A stretch of DNA of 63,473 nt, the filler included, from Octopus bimaculoides (taxonomy: Eukaryota): the NCBI RefSeq assembly GCF_001194135.2. It is 6 parts of 5 records of this genome, joined end to end, with 100 filler letters (N's around TTAATTAATTAA, not from the genome) between each part and the next. Parts side by side here need not be neighbours in the genome. Positions count along the whole stretch, not along the records: positions 12,201 to 23,492 come from NC_068988.1; positions 23,593 to 40,112 come from NC_068989.1; 4 more parts are not named here. One strand, 5' to 3'. This document shows positions 13,696 to 28,602 of this stretch, piece after piece. Every line of letters starts with the position of its first letter. Positions within the stretch are counted from its first letter, which is position 1. Position numbers and translations under genes: made by a program. The notes beneath the pieces were generated by a model, which did not search any database, was not told the DNA's origin, and saw only the letters and a list, made by a program, of their open reading frames with translations.

Positions 13696-14352
13696 ATATT
13701 TGATGCTTCTTTAAAATAACATAAACCGATGCATTTCTATTGTATCGAGACTTAAAATTGATCGGTAAGCAGCGGCAGATTGAACAGAGTGCTAAGTAGT
13801 TAGGCACTTAGCACTATCAACTGTTTTGATACTGTGTTTGAGTTCTTTTAGGGTCAACTATGACTTTTATGACATCGTGGCAATATGTATCTTACGTTGA
13901 TGCTATAGCTGTTGCTATTGTTGTTGTTGTTGCTGTTGCTGTTACTGATATTACCGTTGCTGCTGTTCCTGATGTCGTTGCTGCGGCTGTTGTTGCGGCT
14001 GATGTTGTTTAGTCTCGGGTCAACTCTAACAGAGCAAACATGTGACCAAAGCGACTGAAGTAATTGTCTTTATTCGATGTTCTCCTTTTAAGGAATTAAT
14101 GTATGATTTAATGGTTATTTCGCTGCTATTTCTAGCACAGTGAGGAAACACGTAGATGCTTCCTTAGTCATATAATTCGGTCTCGATATAGTGGAATATA
14201 CTGTGATATTACAATGATGGCATATTCACGTTTGCATGTATTTGTGGCAGTGTGTGCATATGTGTTTGCGTATGTGTGTGCGTGTGAGTAATTGTGTGTG
14301 AATGTAAGCCTGATTTTAATCAGCGTTTTAAACAAGACTTTGTGTTATTCAT

Positions 14353-14383
<31 letters not shown>

Positions 14384-15079
14384 TTCATTTTACGGATTGG
14401 ATAAATCTGTCAGTGATTTATCCAGTCGTATAACTGATGTATCTCCTATTTTAAGGTCGTTCCTGTAAGGTCAGTCACGGCGATCGCTATTGGCTTTTCA
14501 GGGTCATTCTTCTAAAATCAATCATCATGATACATTATGACCGCCACCACCACCACCGTCAACATCACCACCACCGTCAACATCACCACCACCGCCGCCG
14601 CCGCCACCACCATCTCCAGCATCATGACCATTCTCTCTCCATTTCAAGGACGCTCATTCAATGATTAGCAACTTGCATGCATGAAGCAATTAACATCACA
14701 GGTCACTAACATCAATCAATTTATGATGACGACGACGGCTGCATGTCTATAAACTTCCTTCCAGATATCTTCCAGGTTCACGCTGATGACTGGACTTTCT
14801 CTGTGTCTTTGACATTTCCATGTTACTGTCCACAGGCAAACATTTGAATTGATTGGGTGAAATGCGAGGCGTTGTTAGTTGTTCCTTCTGCAACAAGGTC
14901 ACTGCTCAACACATCGCGAATGAAGAGATTTGTACAAATGTAAGAATTGCAATTTATATGAGCAGCTCTAACTGACTTTTCATTATGATATGATAAATCA
15001 TATAGCAGTGAATAGATCTCACTTCTATGTACGTATCCTACTGTCAGTTATCGTTGTAAACAGAAATATCATATACAAA

Positions 15080-15951
15080 CAGGGTGTTCGGGCTAAATTT
15101 GACGACATTTTATGTCTCCTTTTTTTCTGGAACAGCTTGATATTTTCGTGAACAGTTAACGGCGTTGGAGGGCATAAAGATTTAAGATGTAGTTGACAAA
15201 ACATTAGCTGACATAGAGGACTGGAAGCCATTTGAATATTGGAAAGAAAGTTATCTGAATGATGATGATTCGCGCCGGATAACGAAATGCCTAGATTATG
15301 CCTGCTGCTCAGTACTCTCAGAACACTGTGACATGGACAGCTACAACGGAGACTACAAAGCTGTGACCAGCAGAAAAGGACACAGTAGGCGTATCGACTG
15401 CGCCTGAACGCCCGCCGGCACTTTTCCCCAGATCTTTGAACAGAGTCTTAGGCACAATTTAAAGGGGCTGCAGACGACTGTAGTCAATCCGTAGCTGAAG
15501 AGAGTAACTGATGGAAGGCGATATGTATACCAGCAAGTTTCGGTTCCAGAAAGTGTCGTAAGTAGTTGTCGGAGAATTTCTAAGGACTTCACCAGCACCA
15601 GTTTCCGACCCCCTAATTTCCCCGATTGTAATCGCATGGATTACTATGTGCGGGACTTGACAAGACTTCAGCCACGCTGCCTGTAACATCAACGCAGTGC
15701 CGGTGGCCAAGATCAAGGTAGTGCTCGAAGATCTTCCCAGTGATTCAGTGAGAAACGCATGTGCCAGGTTCGGGAGCCGTCTCCGAGGCCGTGGTGGAAG
15801 ATGAGAGCTGCATCGAGTAAACTACTATCTCTCAGCCATAATCTAGCTGACATTTTAAATTGATTTTTAAAATACATATATTTTTTATTGCGATATTGTG
15901 GTTTCTCTTTTTTTTCTCTTGCAAACTGTCAAATATAACCAGAAAAGCATG
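15080..15951 (+). mobile_element. Internally deleted maT/DD37D-like (Tc1/mariner) element with imperfect TIRs
   Basis: KRVTDGRRYVYQQ...PPNFPDCNRMDYYV...VRNACARFGSRL..EAVVE. Left end CAGGGTGTTCGGGCTAAATTTGACG pairs imperfectly with 15927-15951, which is followed by TA. Confidence 0.7.
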
Positions 15952-16026
15952 TAAATTTCTTTAAGTGTGTGAGTGTGTATATATTTTTTGTATAAATTCA
16001 TTTGTTATTTATATATACATTCATTT

Positions 16027-16109
<83 letters not shown>

Positions 16110-16637
16110 GGGGAACAGAGAAAGAGAGGGGGATAGATGAGAGAGGGAGAACTAAACACGGCGTTGGATCGATGAATGTACTGTATATTTAGGCTATCAA
16201 AACGAATGAGAAGCTGCAGTATTTATTTGGTATATCTAAAATGGAAGCCTTGACAGCTTTATAAATTCGTGTGATATACAACAAGAAAAGAGGTAATGAG
16301 ATTATTATTAAACAAGAAGGGGATGAAAGTGAATATAGGGAAACAAGTAAGGGACGAAAAGGAGAAGCATAATGAAAATTGATAGTGGAAATAACTATAT
16401 TCATTCCGGACTAGGCCTTGCTACGGTTCTTGTTTCTGACCATTTTCGCTGGTCAGGGTTTTCTCATAAATGATAAATATAAAATGCTGATTGGTAGCTT
16501 GTACATTGGAATTGGAAATGCAAGCAATCAGCTGCAAATGAGAAAATGCTAGCTGCATGTCCATACGTAGATGTGTATAAATGTGTGTGGTTGTGTGTGT
16601 ATACATCTATATATATTTATATATATTCATATATATA

Positions 16638-16704
<67 letters not shown>

Positions 16705-16874
16705 ATATATATATACGCACATATATATATGTGTGTTTGTATATGTGTGTATGTATATATATTATGTATATATGAGGATATATATTATGTGTATGGACAC
16801 GTAGGCGCAGTTATATGACTGACTCTGTGTAGAGGCAATTTCTATGAATTATTAGTGTATAGTTGTTTATCGAC

Positions 16875-17027
16875 ATAGATGTGTGGGTAAGAAACCCGAA
16901 TTTCAAGTTCGTGGTTTCAGGTTCAGTCCCACAACGCGGCACCTTAAGCAAATATTTTCTACTATCGCCCCCGGCCGAGCAATGCCCTGTGAGTGAATTT
17001 GGTAGACAGAAACAGTGTGAAAGCCCA

Positions 17028-17077
<50 letters not shown>

Positions 17078-17128
17078 ATGTCCCCAACCTGTATTGCTTC
17101 ACAACCGGTGCTGATTCGTTCACATTTT
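16875..17128 (+). mobile_element. SINE family B, diverged, with internal (TG)n
   Basis: GGTTCAGTCCCAC...CACCTTAAGCAA...TTTGGTAGACAGAAAC, then the start of the 3' module. Confidence 0.7.
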
Positions 17129-17979
17129 ACTATCACTTGTCGCAATGCTGGAATACTCCGTTTATTTTTCATTAGAATACCCAATCAAATCAGTAACCTC
17201 CCCCCCCCATATATATCTATATATACAGTCTACTTCTACATCCTAATTTTTACAAAATGGTTAAGTTTCATATCGGGCAGATGCGCTGCTATTTCTAGCA
17301 GGAGGAACAACCCTACACAGGTTTCCTCTCGTTGGTTTTTACAACTAATTTTGGTTACAAGAGAGTGTGAGAGAAATCAATGCATTCAGTTTATGCTGAA
17401 AACCACACAAACATACTGGAAGCGAAGCATATGTAAACAATATTCACTTCACTAAAACTAACAATACAAAGTTGTACATTTATATTATAACTGATTTCAA
17501 TTCTAAATATAATAATGAAATTGTTTAGTAAATTTGGATAGCTTTGAAACTGTTTGAAATTCATTTGGTACACGAGCTTGTTTCTTTTTTATTTTGATTT
17601 TGATTTTGATTTTGATTTTGATTTTGTTTTGAAGAAATGTTATTGATCTTTAATATTTTATTGATAATATGATTACTACAAAGATAACGAAATACAATTT
17701 CAAATACAATAGATTGCGGACGTATGATTATATATAGATTATGTAATGTATTAAATCTTAAAGTGTTATTGAAATATAAGCGCCAAATAGAGAAATGTAT
17801 ATAATGTAAGAATTAATCTTATTTAACACCAACGTCAAACCCCGATTTAAATCCAAAACCTGACCTCACCTTTGAGAGAAGTCTCCGTTGCAAACATTCG
17901 GATTGAAATTTTGTGATTTAAATATAAAATTATGATGTCTGGTTTCGGTATGAGGCCGTCAGTTTTGAGGTGTGGAGAA

Positions 17980-18408
17980 GGCAGCGAGCTGGCAGAAACG
18001 TTAGCACGTTGGGCAAAACGCTTAGCGGTATTTCGACTGCCGTTACGTTCTGAGTTCAAATTCTGCCGAGGGTGACTTAGTCTTTCATCCTTTCGAGGCC
18101 GATAAATTAAGAACCAGTTACGCACTGAGGTCGATGTAATCGACTTAAACCCGTTGTCTGTCCTTGTTTGACCCCTTTATGTTTAGCCTCTTGCGGGCAA
18201 TAAAGAAATAAGAAATGTTAGCACGCCGTGCGAAATGCTTAGCGGTATTTCATCTGTCTTTATGTTCTGAGTTCAATTTCAGCCAAGGTCAACTTTGCCT
18301 TTCATCCTTTCGGGGTCGATAAATTCAGTACCAGTTACGCACTGGGGTCGATGTAATCGACTTAATCCCTTTGTCTGTCCTTGTTTGTCCACTCTGTGTT
18401 TAAGCCCC
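17980..18408 (+). mobile_element. SINE family A head-to-tail dimer
   Basis: Full unit 17980-18215; the second unit starts TGTTAGCACGCC at 18216. Confidence 0.9.
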
Positions 18409-18972
18409 AACCGAGTTTGGTAAATCTGAATACCTTTCATCTTCCAGAATCGATAAAATTTTGGATAAATCAATGATAATGAACTAATGGAATTGAGCAA
18501 AATTGAAGATTGAAGAGAATGCCATGCAACATTATACAAGTCACCACGCATTAGGACCGAGCGCCGAAGTCTCGGGTTCGCGAAATGAATTTCTCATCCA
18601 TACAACCATTAGAAGAAATGGTTTAGGTGTCCCCCATAAAAACAATCAACAATCACAANNNNNNNNNNNNNNNNNNNNNNNNNNNNNNNNNNNNNNNNNN
18701 NNNNNNNNNNNNNNNNNNNNNNNNNNNNNNNNNNNNNNNNNNNNNNNNNNNNNNNNNNNNNNNNNNNNNNNNNNNNNNNNNNNNNNNNNNNNNNNNNNNN
18801 NNNNNNNNNNNNNNNNNNNNNNNNNNNNNNNNNNNNNNNNNNNNNNNNNNNNNNNNNNNNNNNNNNNNNNNNNNNNNNNNNNNNNNNNNNNNNNNNNNNN
18901 NNNNNNNNNNNNNNNNNNNNNNNNNNNNNNNNNNNNNNNNNNNNNNNNNNNNNNNNNNNNNNNNNNNNNNNN

Positions 18973-19010
<38 letters not shown>

Positions 19011-19736
19011 TATATAAGTATGTATGTATGTATGTATGCCTGTATGTATGTATGTATGTATGTATGTATAATTACGTGGGGGATAATATATGTGCGTGTT
19101 TATGTGGAACAACAGGTTTCGAGACTAGCACACGACAACGTCAGGGTGTCTGGATATTGAACTGACGAAAACATTTTAAAATGCACAGGAGAAAGACAGG
19201 GAGTGGGGAGGAAGGGGAGACAAAGATACAAAAAAAAACACCATAAAAAAAACATAGAAAAAAGCATAGAAATAAAAGCATAGAAATAAAATATATTTCA
19301 AATTCTTGAGACATAATTTTGAGATGTGTTCTTTGGTATGACACCTAACTAACTTTACCATTTCTGGAATAAGAATAACATATATGGAAAGGAAAAAAAA
19401 AAAAAGCTAGCTCTGGAGAGAAAATTACCTTTTACCACAGGTTAGTCGAGCTTGTCAGGAAAATGATAATGTTTAAAAGAAAATCGACAGACCAGATAGC
19501 GTGACAAAGAACTTTTAGTTTTTTTTTTATATTCCATTTTTATTTCTTATTTACACACATACACTATAACATTTATATATATATATATATATTCTTTAAA
19601 ATGGCGAAAAAAATTCGTACTGTATCACAATCATTTGAAATTGAACGATAGTAGTATGTATATTGTTCTTATTGTTGTTGTCCAAGCTGACTTTAATACG
19701 TGCAATCATCGAATGTAGGTAGAAGGTTGAATGAGT

Positions 19737-19772
19737 GGAATGGAATGGAATGGAATGGAGTGGAATGGAATA
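19737..19772. repeat. (GGAAT)n pentanucleotide repeat
   Basis: About 7 units. Confidence 0.85.
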
Positions 19773-20369
19773 GAAGAAGATACAGGAAATTCAACGGCAG
19801 ACGGTTCCTCATCATCGTTATAGATTTCAGGCCTTCGAATTATGAAAAGAAAACATTTAATCTGCGAATGACAGTAACTATATGTTTCTTGACTCGGGAA
19901 TCGAACTGGTTCAGAAGACTGCATAGACAGCGTTATACACACACACACACGTTTATTTAAATTAAGGAAGTCAAGCAAAGAGTGGATATTTGCAAAATAT
20001 TTATAAAGCGGCNNNNNNNNNNNNNNNNNNNNNNNNNNNNNNNNNNNNNNNNNNNNNNNNNNNNNNNNNNNNNNNNNNNNNNNNNNNNNNNNNNNNNNNN
20101 NNNNNNNNNNNNNNNNNNNNNNNNNNNNNNNNNNNNNNNNNNNNNNNNNNNNNNNNNNNNNNNNNNNNNNNNNNNNNNNNNNNNNNNNNNNNNNNNNNNG
20201 CGGTCAACATTACGTTTCAGCTTTCTGGAGTCGCAAAACGTGTACCAGTTGTCGATGTAATTAACATACTCTTCCGCCGAAATTGCTGTCCTTGTAACAA
20301 ACACGAAACCGTTATTTTGGATATACTTTATATATATATATACATATACATATACATATATATATATAA

Positions 20370-20461
20370 TATGCTTTATTTAAAAGCAGTAGAAATATAA
20401 CAAAAGCTGTTACTCAGAGTTTCACGTTCCCGTTCGACGAACGGAAACGTGAAACTCTGAG
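20370..20461 (-). mobile_element. Penelope-like terminal repeat remnant with a 24-bp hairpin
   Basis: Hairpin 20413-20461 (1 mismatch); the minus strand ends ...TTTAAATAAAGCATA into (TA)n. The PLE assignment is inference. Confidence 0.4.
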
Positions 20462-20884
20462 AAAGTATGTATATATATATATAAAATTCAATAATAGAAT
20501 AAAATCTTTTATAAGAATTTTATCAAGTAAGCGCGAAAAAACTCATAAGGAAAAAAAAATCCATCATTTATTCCACTAGAATATATTTATTTATATTTAT
20601 ATAAGGGCATTACTATAGAAGAATAAATATGCATACATACAATTCAGAAGCATTTTTTTTAAATAGTAATAAGAGCGGTAAAGCAACAATTGTTAGAGAT
20701 GTCAGATAGAATATTTATAATTTGTGTACACACTCACACCATATTTGTTTCGGCTCTATACGTTCTCAGTTCAAATCGAGATTGTAATTGCTTTCAATCT
20801 CACCAGACTCAAATAAGGACATAAATTTAATTGACTACCAATCGCATGGCAAATTCTTTGGCGTTGTGTCTATTAAAATCACTT

Positions 20885-21065
20885 ACTAGGTCTTATCAAT
20901 AAGTATGCGTACTGTTGCCATAGTAATGAAGGTAAAGTGCGCAGAGTAAAACCGCTTGGCAGAGATTGACTTTGAACTCTGCTGTGCATGGGCTCTAAAT
21001 TTTAACGTTTTAACTCACTTCCGCTGTATACAGCAGTGCTTGGAAGTGGTTCAGATATGCAAGTC
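20885..21065 (+). mobile_element. Second 5' fragment of the same mariner family
   Basis: Aligns by eye to 43938-44110 (TAGGTC.TATCAATAAGTAT..G.ACTGTTGCCATAGTAA...TCACTTCCGCTGT.TACAGCAGTGCTTGGAAG). Confidence 0.7.
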
Positions 21066-21723
21066 CAAAGAGTAGGAAGTTCAGTCAGGATCAAACTGGG
21101 GTAACCACGTGAGCGTATAATAAATAGTTGATATTTATAGAAATACAAAAGAAGATACTTGCCCAAGTTGCCAAGCAGGGGGACTGAACCCGGAACCATG
21201 TGGTTGGTATGCAAGCTACTTACCACACAGCCACTCCTGCGCCTATCCACACAGCCACTCCTGTAAAGATTTTGTTTATATTTCTTGCACTGAAGAGTAC
21301 AGTGATATATAATTAATTTAATTCAATTTAATTAATCTAATTATTTCTATTCAACCATGAATTTGCATGATTTTTATATCGCTGTACAAAACGATCTACT
21401 ACAGTTGTTTCAGTAAAATTTTATTGAAGTATTCACAGATTACATCGTAGTATAAATCCACTAACGTCAGGTAAAATTTTAAACAGGTATGAACGTGTAT
21501 GTGAGTGTGTCTGTGTGTGCGTGCGTGTGTGTGAATGCGTATGTATAGACGGTTCTCTATCAGTCTAAGATCGACCTTACAATTGGATATGCACTTGTAG
21601 TCTTGGGCAAGATATTTTGGTAGGGATCTGGTAGTTCTCCATGTTTCCTTCATCCAATCCAACTATGTCTGTCCACGTGAAAGACGTCCATGCTAAACCA
21701 AAACCGCTATTGCAACAAACAAA

Positions 21724-21945
21724 GGCGGCGAGCTGCTAGAATCGTTAGCACACCGGGCGAAATGCTTAGCGGTATTTTATCTGCTGCTACGTTCTTGAGT
21801 TCAAATTCCGCCGAGATCGACTTTGCTTTTTATCCTTTCGCGGTCGATAAATTAAGAACAAATCAAGTACTGGGGTTGATGTGATCGACTGTCCCCCTCC
21901 CCTCAAATTCCATGCCTTGTGCTTATAGTAGAAAGGATTATTGCA
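21724..21945 (+). mobile_element. SINE family A, alternative-tail subfamily
   Basis: Same head and core; tail CCCCTCCCTCAAATT...CCTTGTGCTTATAGTAGAAAGGATTATT. Confidence 0.85.
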
Positions 21946-22985
21946 ACAGACGTTCGTGTTAGAGCAAAATGACCGAAACGCGGGAACAAATACCGCAAGG
22001 TATTTTGATTCACTTCTTTTTATTGACCCGCAAAAGGATAAAAAGAAAATTGACCTGGGCAAAATTTGAACCCACAACGCATGGATTGGAACAAATACTG
22101 CGCGGCAATCTATCCATCAGTTTAACGATCTGCCATTTCTTTGCCTTGTGTATGTATAAGCTTGTGTCAACGTATGTGTATATTCCTATACGTGTGGAGC
22201 AGATTTAATATTTGTGTGTGTATATGCGTTTTTATATAAGCATCTAGATTTCCCTCTCTCTCTTTCTCTCTGCCTCCCTGCATATACATACATACATACA
22301 TACATACATACATANNNNNNNNNNNNNNNNNNNNNNNNNNNNNNNNNNNNNNNNNNNNNNNNNNNNNNNNNNNNNNNNNNNNNNNNNNNNNNNNNNNNNN
22401 NNNNNNNNNNNNNNNNNNNNNNNNNNNNNNNNNNNNNNNNNNNNNNNNNNNNNNNNNNNNNNNNNNNNNNNNNNNNNNNNNNNNNNNNNNNNNNNNNNNN
22501 NNNNNNNNNNNNNNNNNNNNNNNNNNNNNNNNNNNNNNNNNNNNNNNNNNNNNNNNNNNNNNNNNNNNNNNNNNNNNNNNNNNNNNNNNNNNNNNNNNNN
22601 NNNNNNNNNNNNNNNNNNNNNNNNNNNNNNNNNNNNNNNNNNNNNNNNNNNNNNNNNNNNNNNNNNNNNNNNNNNNNNNNNNNNNNNNNNNNNNNNNNNN
22701 NNNNNNNNNNNNNNNNNNNNNNNNNNNNNNNNNNNNNNNNNNNNNNNNNNNNNNNNNNNNNNNNNNNNNNNNNNNNNNNNNNNNNNNNNNNNNNNNNNNN
22801 NNNNNNNNNNNNNNNNNNNNNNNNNNNNNNNNNNNNNNNNNNNNNNNNNNNNNNNNNNNNNNNNNNNNNNNNNNNNNNNNNNNNNNNNNNNNNNNNNNNN
22901 NNNNNNNNNNNNNNNNNNNNNNNNNNNNNNNNNNNNNNNNNNNNNNNNNNNNNNNNNNNNNNNNNNNNNNNNNNNNNNNNNNNNN

Positions 22986-23037
<52 letters not shown>

Positions 23038-23440
23038 AACACGCGCGCGCAAACACTTTAATCTTCACTTCTGAATTTAATTGCAAAGCAGACACGCACA
23101 CACATACACACACACTCAAGCACGCAGGCACGCACACACGTTCAAACACCTACGCTTTCACACTCACCCACAGACGGAGCCAGCATTTCGTTACGTAAGT
23201 TTCGCACAAACACCACATAAAGCGAGTAATCACACCTCACTACAAATAACAAAGACAAATTTTCAATTTTGTCCCTGAATTAATTTCTCCTGTGTTTCCC
23301 TGTCACATCACTTCCACACTGATGACACACGTTGGCTCAGATTCGCTCACGTTGACTCTTCTGCATTTGTTTCTGGCAGTAAGCTTGTCTCTGTCTATCG
23401 TATCACCTTCGACTCCGTTGGTTTATAACATCATATATAT

Positions 23441-23492
<52 letters not shown>

Positions 23493-23592
23493 NNNNNNNN
23501 NNNNNNNNNNNNNNNNNNNNNNNNNNNNNNNNNNNNTTAATTAATTAANNNNNNNNNNNNNNNNNNNNNNNNNNNNNNNNNNNNNNNNNNNN
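23493..23592. other. Synthetic scaffold linker
   Basis: 44 N + TTAATTAATTAA + 44 N. Confidence 0.97.
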
Positions 23593-23839
23593 ATATACAT
23601 GTATATGTATACATATACATCTCTCTCTCTCTCTTTCTGTCTCTCTCTTTCTCTCTCTGTGAAAGTATCTGTCACTACAGTATCGAAATGTGATTGTTTC
23701 AGTTAGTGGAATAGTTTCATTTTTAAAGTGAAAGTATTTGACATGAGTGTTTTTGTTTCACTTTTGACACTTAATACTTAAATAGTGGAGGAGATATTAT
23801 GTTGCCGTGTGCTCGAACTCTGCAAGAAGTTAATAATTA

Positions 23840-23978
23840 TTTTTGACTAAAACACAACTAGAACCCTAAGTAAGGCATGTGTAAAATTTGAATGAAATTG
23901 GTTGCGTAGTTCTCGAGTTTTAGGGATTCACACAGACAGACAGACAGACACACATTCTCATTTTTATATATATAGATA
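23840..23978 (+). mobile_element. Possible Helitron/Helentron-associated non-autonomous element 3' end
   Basis: AAAATTTGAATGAAATTGGTTGCGTAGTTCTCGAG...(CAGA)n...CATTTTTATATATATAGAT is an architecture recalled from such elements; inference only. Confidence 0.35.
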
Positions 23979-26921
23979 TATACACACACACAAAATACAT
24001 AAATATAAGCGATTCAGCTGAAGTAATAATCCATGATGATCTATAATACTGACATGTAATACATGACTTTCATACATTCACTCATTCGTTTCACTTACTA
24101 AGGATACCAAGACAAGTTTTGTACTTCTGAACCTGGACGGTTTGCTTGCATTATCAAATTCCGCAGTTATATATCAAAGATCACCGGATAAAAAATATGA
24201 ACGTTGTGGGGAAAGGAAAATAAACAAATTTGATGACATCATAAGGTCAAAGTTGAACTCCACGACGATAATGAACACAACTTCCAATGTTTACTTTTTG
24301 CCTTGTTTTTGTTGGCACTCCGTCGCTTNNNNNNNNNNAGGTTTCTCACGACTATACATCAGTGTACTTTTGTTTAAATCGAGAAGGATGAACATAAATC
24401 GATGATCGTGTTATTCAGTAAAACCCAATATTTAACTTTTTTGAATCAAAATGAAAACAAGTTCTTCAGTGAAAATGTAGAACGCATTTATTTATTTTTG
24501 TCTACAGAGTTTAGGCTCCAAACTATTGTGAAAGTAACTGACCTGATTCCTTTACACATGCGTGTATTTTGTAGATGTGTACATGCTTGACAGGACGCGT
24601 TAGATAATAACTTTTCTAAAGTCGTTTCAAATGTAAACATCTCGTCTTTTAAACCCAAACCTCCCGCATATTGGAGAATAAAAAGGAAATGGAATGCTCG
24701 TAAAAGCTAAAATAGATGATCTTTGTTACAACAGGTCTGCTTATCTCAACTGTGGCTGTATGGTCCTCAGTGGATGGTGAGATTGTCATGCCGGAAGACA
24801 AAGCTTGAAAAATCTAAGAAGTGGGTTCCCTTGTCAGATATTTATGGTCCAGTTGCCACATGATATATAAATGATTGCCGCCATTTAACTTCATTTGGTG
24901 AGTAAAATTAATCTGGTTTTAATCAGTTCTATTAATGTGTTTATTACAACACTTATGTATATCTCTTTATGAAAATGTATCGGCTGTCTATTGCAGTGAC
25001 TGTGTTGTGGTGGATCGGAGCGGGCAGAATTCTGATTTAAGTACCCCATACAACCCCTCATAACTCGTTTATTTTTTTGGAATTTTCAGAAATTTGTTGC
25101 TAATTTATATTCTACTCGCAAGAATTCATACGATTATGTGTGATTTAAAGATGAGTTGGCTGTTATTTTAGCACATCTCACACGTTAGTAACATGTATTG
25201 ATGTTTTTCAATATTCTTCTCCCCATAGACACATTTAATGGAATTATGTTTCCAAGGGTGGTCCATTGCTGGGATTTAAGCAAAAAAATTCGGACTGTCC
25301 GTAGTTTAAACTGATTTTTTTTTACTCGAAAAAGAGTGGAACTTCTAGGATTTAGTGGGGTGGAGGTAAAATTTTCTTTATATGATCATATGAGTTCTCA
25401 CGTGTAGAACACAAATTCGCAAAAATTGATGTTTACATCTTGAATTACAAATTATAAATATTANNNNNNNNNNNNNNNNNNNNNNNNNNNNNNNNNNNNN
25501 NNNNNNNNNNNNNNNNNNNNNNNNNNNNNNNNNNNNNNNNNNNNNNNNNNNNNNNNNNNNNNNNNNNNNNNNNNNNNNNNNNNNNNNNNNNNNNNNNNNN
25601 NNNNNNNNNNNNNNNNNNNNNNNNNNNNNNNNNNNNNNNNNNNNNNNNNNNNNNNNNNNNNNNNNNNNNNNNNNNNNNNNNNNNNNNNNNNNNNNNNNNN
25701 NNNNNNNNNNNNNNNNNNNNNNNNNNNNNNNNNNNNNNNNNNNNNNNNNNNNNNNNNNNNNNNNNNNNNNNNNNNNNNNNNNNNNNNNNNNNNNNNNNNN
25801 NNNNNNNNNNNNNNNNNNNNNNNNNNNNNNNNNNNNNNNNNNNNNNNNNNNNNNNNNNNNNNNNNNNNNNNNNNNNNNNNNNNNNNNNNNNNNNNNNNNN
25901 NNNNNNNNNNNNNNNNNNNNNNNNNNNNNNNNNNNNNNNNNNNNNNNNNNNNNNNNNNNNNNNNNNNNNNNNNNNNNNNNNNNNNNNNNNNNNNNNNNNN
26001 NNNNNNNNNNNNNNNNNNNNNNNNNNNNNNNNNNNNNNNNNNNNNNNNNNNNNNNNNNNNNNNNNNNNNNNNNNNNNNNNNNNNNNNNNNNNNNNNNNNN
26101 NNNNNNNNNNNNNNNNNNNNNNNNNNNNNNNNNNNNNNNNNNNNNNNNNNNNNNNNNNNNNNNNNNNNNNNNNNNNNNNNNNNNNNNCTAGGCACTTAAA
26201 AAATATTGGGGAGGAGGGCCTTTTCTTTTTAATAATTTTTTGAAATTAATGATTTTCTAACGTCATCCACCCCGCCATCACAACAGTGATCAAGATTTCA
26301 CCCCCACTTTTTTCAACACAAAATGAAACGTAATCGTTTTTCAAACCCGACACACACAAAAAAAAAAGAATTTAAAAACAAAATTCGAACCATATTTACC
26401 TAGTATATATGATTTTTTTTAGGTGGGGGTGTGTGAATATTTTCCAGGTCAAGTTCAAAATAACTTTCACCATTAGAATTTCTTTTTCTAAATTGTTCTT
26501 CACTTTTCCTTCTAATGTAATACATGTTCTCACATTTAAGTACTGCATACTGATATCTATTTTATTTTTGTTTATATTTCAGAACATCAGATGGCATAAA
26601 AGATTTGTAATCTGATGCATCATCAATAATTAAAAGTCTAAAGGAAGATATTAAACAGAGTAGCTATAACCCTGCTAAGAAATATTACATCTGATTGGCA
26701 TCATTACTCTTCGTTCTCTAGAAGATATACAAGATGGTTTTGGATTCTGATTAAAATTGACAATTTCACAAAAGTGCTTGCAGAAATGTTTCTATTGCAT
26801 TAGGTGTTTATAAAAATGGAAACAAGAAAATAAAAATTTCTATATAGTGTGGTGAAGGAAGAAAATCTATAGGAAAATGAACTCTAGCAGAATTTTAAAT
26901 GAATGTTTCTTTGGCCTGTAG

Positions 26922-27711
<790 letters not shown>

Positions 27712-28602
27712 TATCTATAGTAAATCCCCTCAAATAAGTTACATAACGAGATGTAGAATATTGCCTTAAAATGTCTCATCTAATCCATACAGAAGAGTAA
27801 TTGTCATCATTATCATTATTTTATTGATACTCTTTCTATACTTGCATGGATTAGATGAGACATTTTAAGGCAATATTCTACAACTAGGAACCCTTTCTGA
27901 TGCTAGCCTTTATTTTCAATCAGTTTCCTTAGTCTTTACTCATCAAACCATGCCCAACTAGTTCAATGCAAAGACATGCAGACACTAAGACAAATGCATG
28001 TACTCACAAATGCTTAGATGTATATGTGATTGGCTTCTGTATAGGCTCCATCTACCAAATTTCACTCCCAGGACATAGGACACCTTCTTAACATACCATG
28101 CTTTGTTATCCTATTCAAAATTGTGTTAACTTTTTAACAACATTACCATACTTGCACCTATACCTATGTAGCAATGTTAAATGCATTATAATAAGCAAAC
28201 TACTTAGTTTTTGTTGACCAAAAAAGCTTTCTCCTGCTTTTCTTCTTGTTAATTCAACAAGTTATTTTATCAATGTGCTACAAGTTATCTCATATGATTA
28301 TTATCGTCATCACTATCATATTCATCATTTTTACATTTGTTTACCTCTAATGGCATAGGCTGAACAGGAATTTTTTAAATAAGTGTTTTATTGGCAGATG
28401 CTCATCTTGGTTCCAGCTCTTTTAGTCACCTTTTATGACGTACTGCTAAATGTTATATCTATTCTAAAAACCAGGATGTGCATAACTAAATATATCAATA
28501 TTTATAGATATCAGTATTGATACATTCATCATTGATGATGATGATTCATGTATGGAGGGTAAGAGCATTGATAGTCAGTTTTTTTCATGTATTCATTTTT
28601 CT

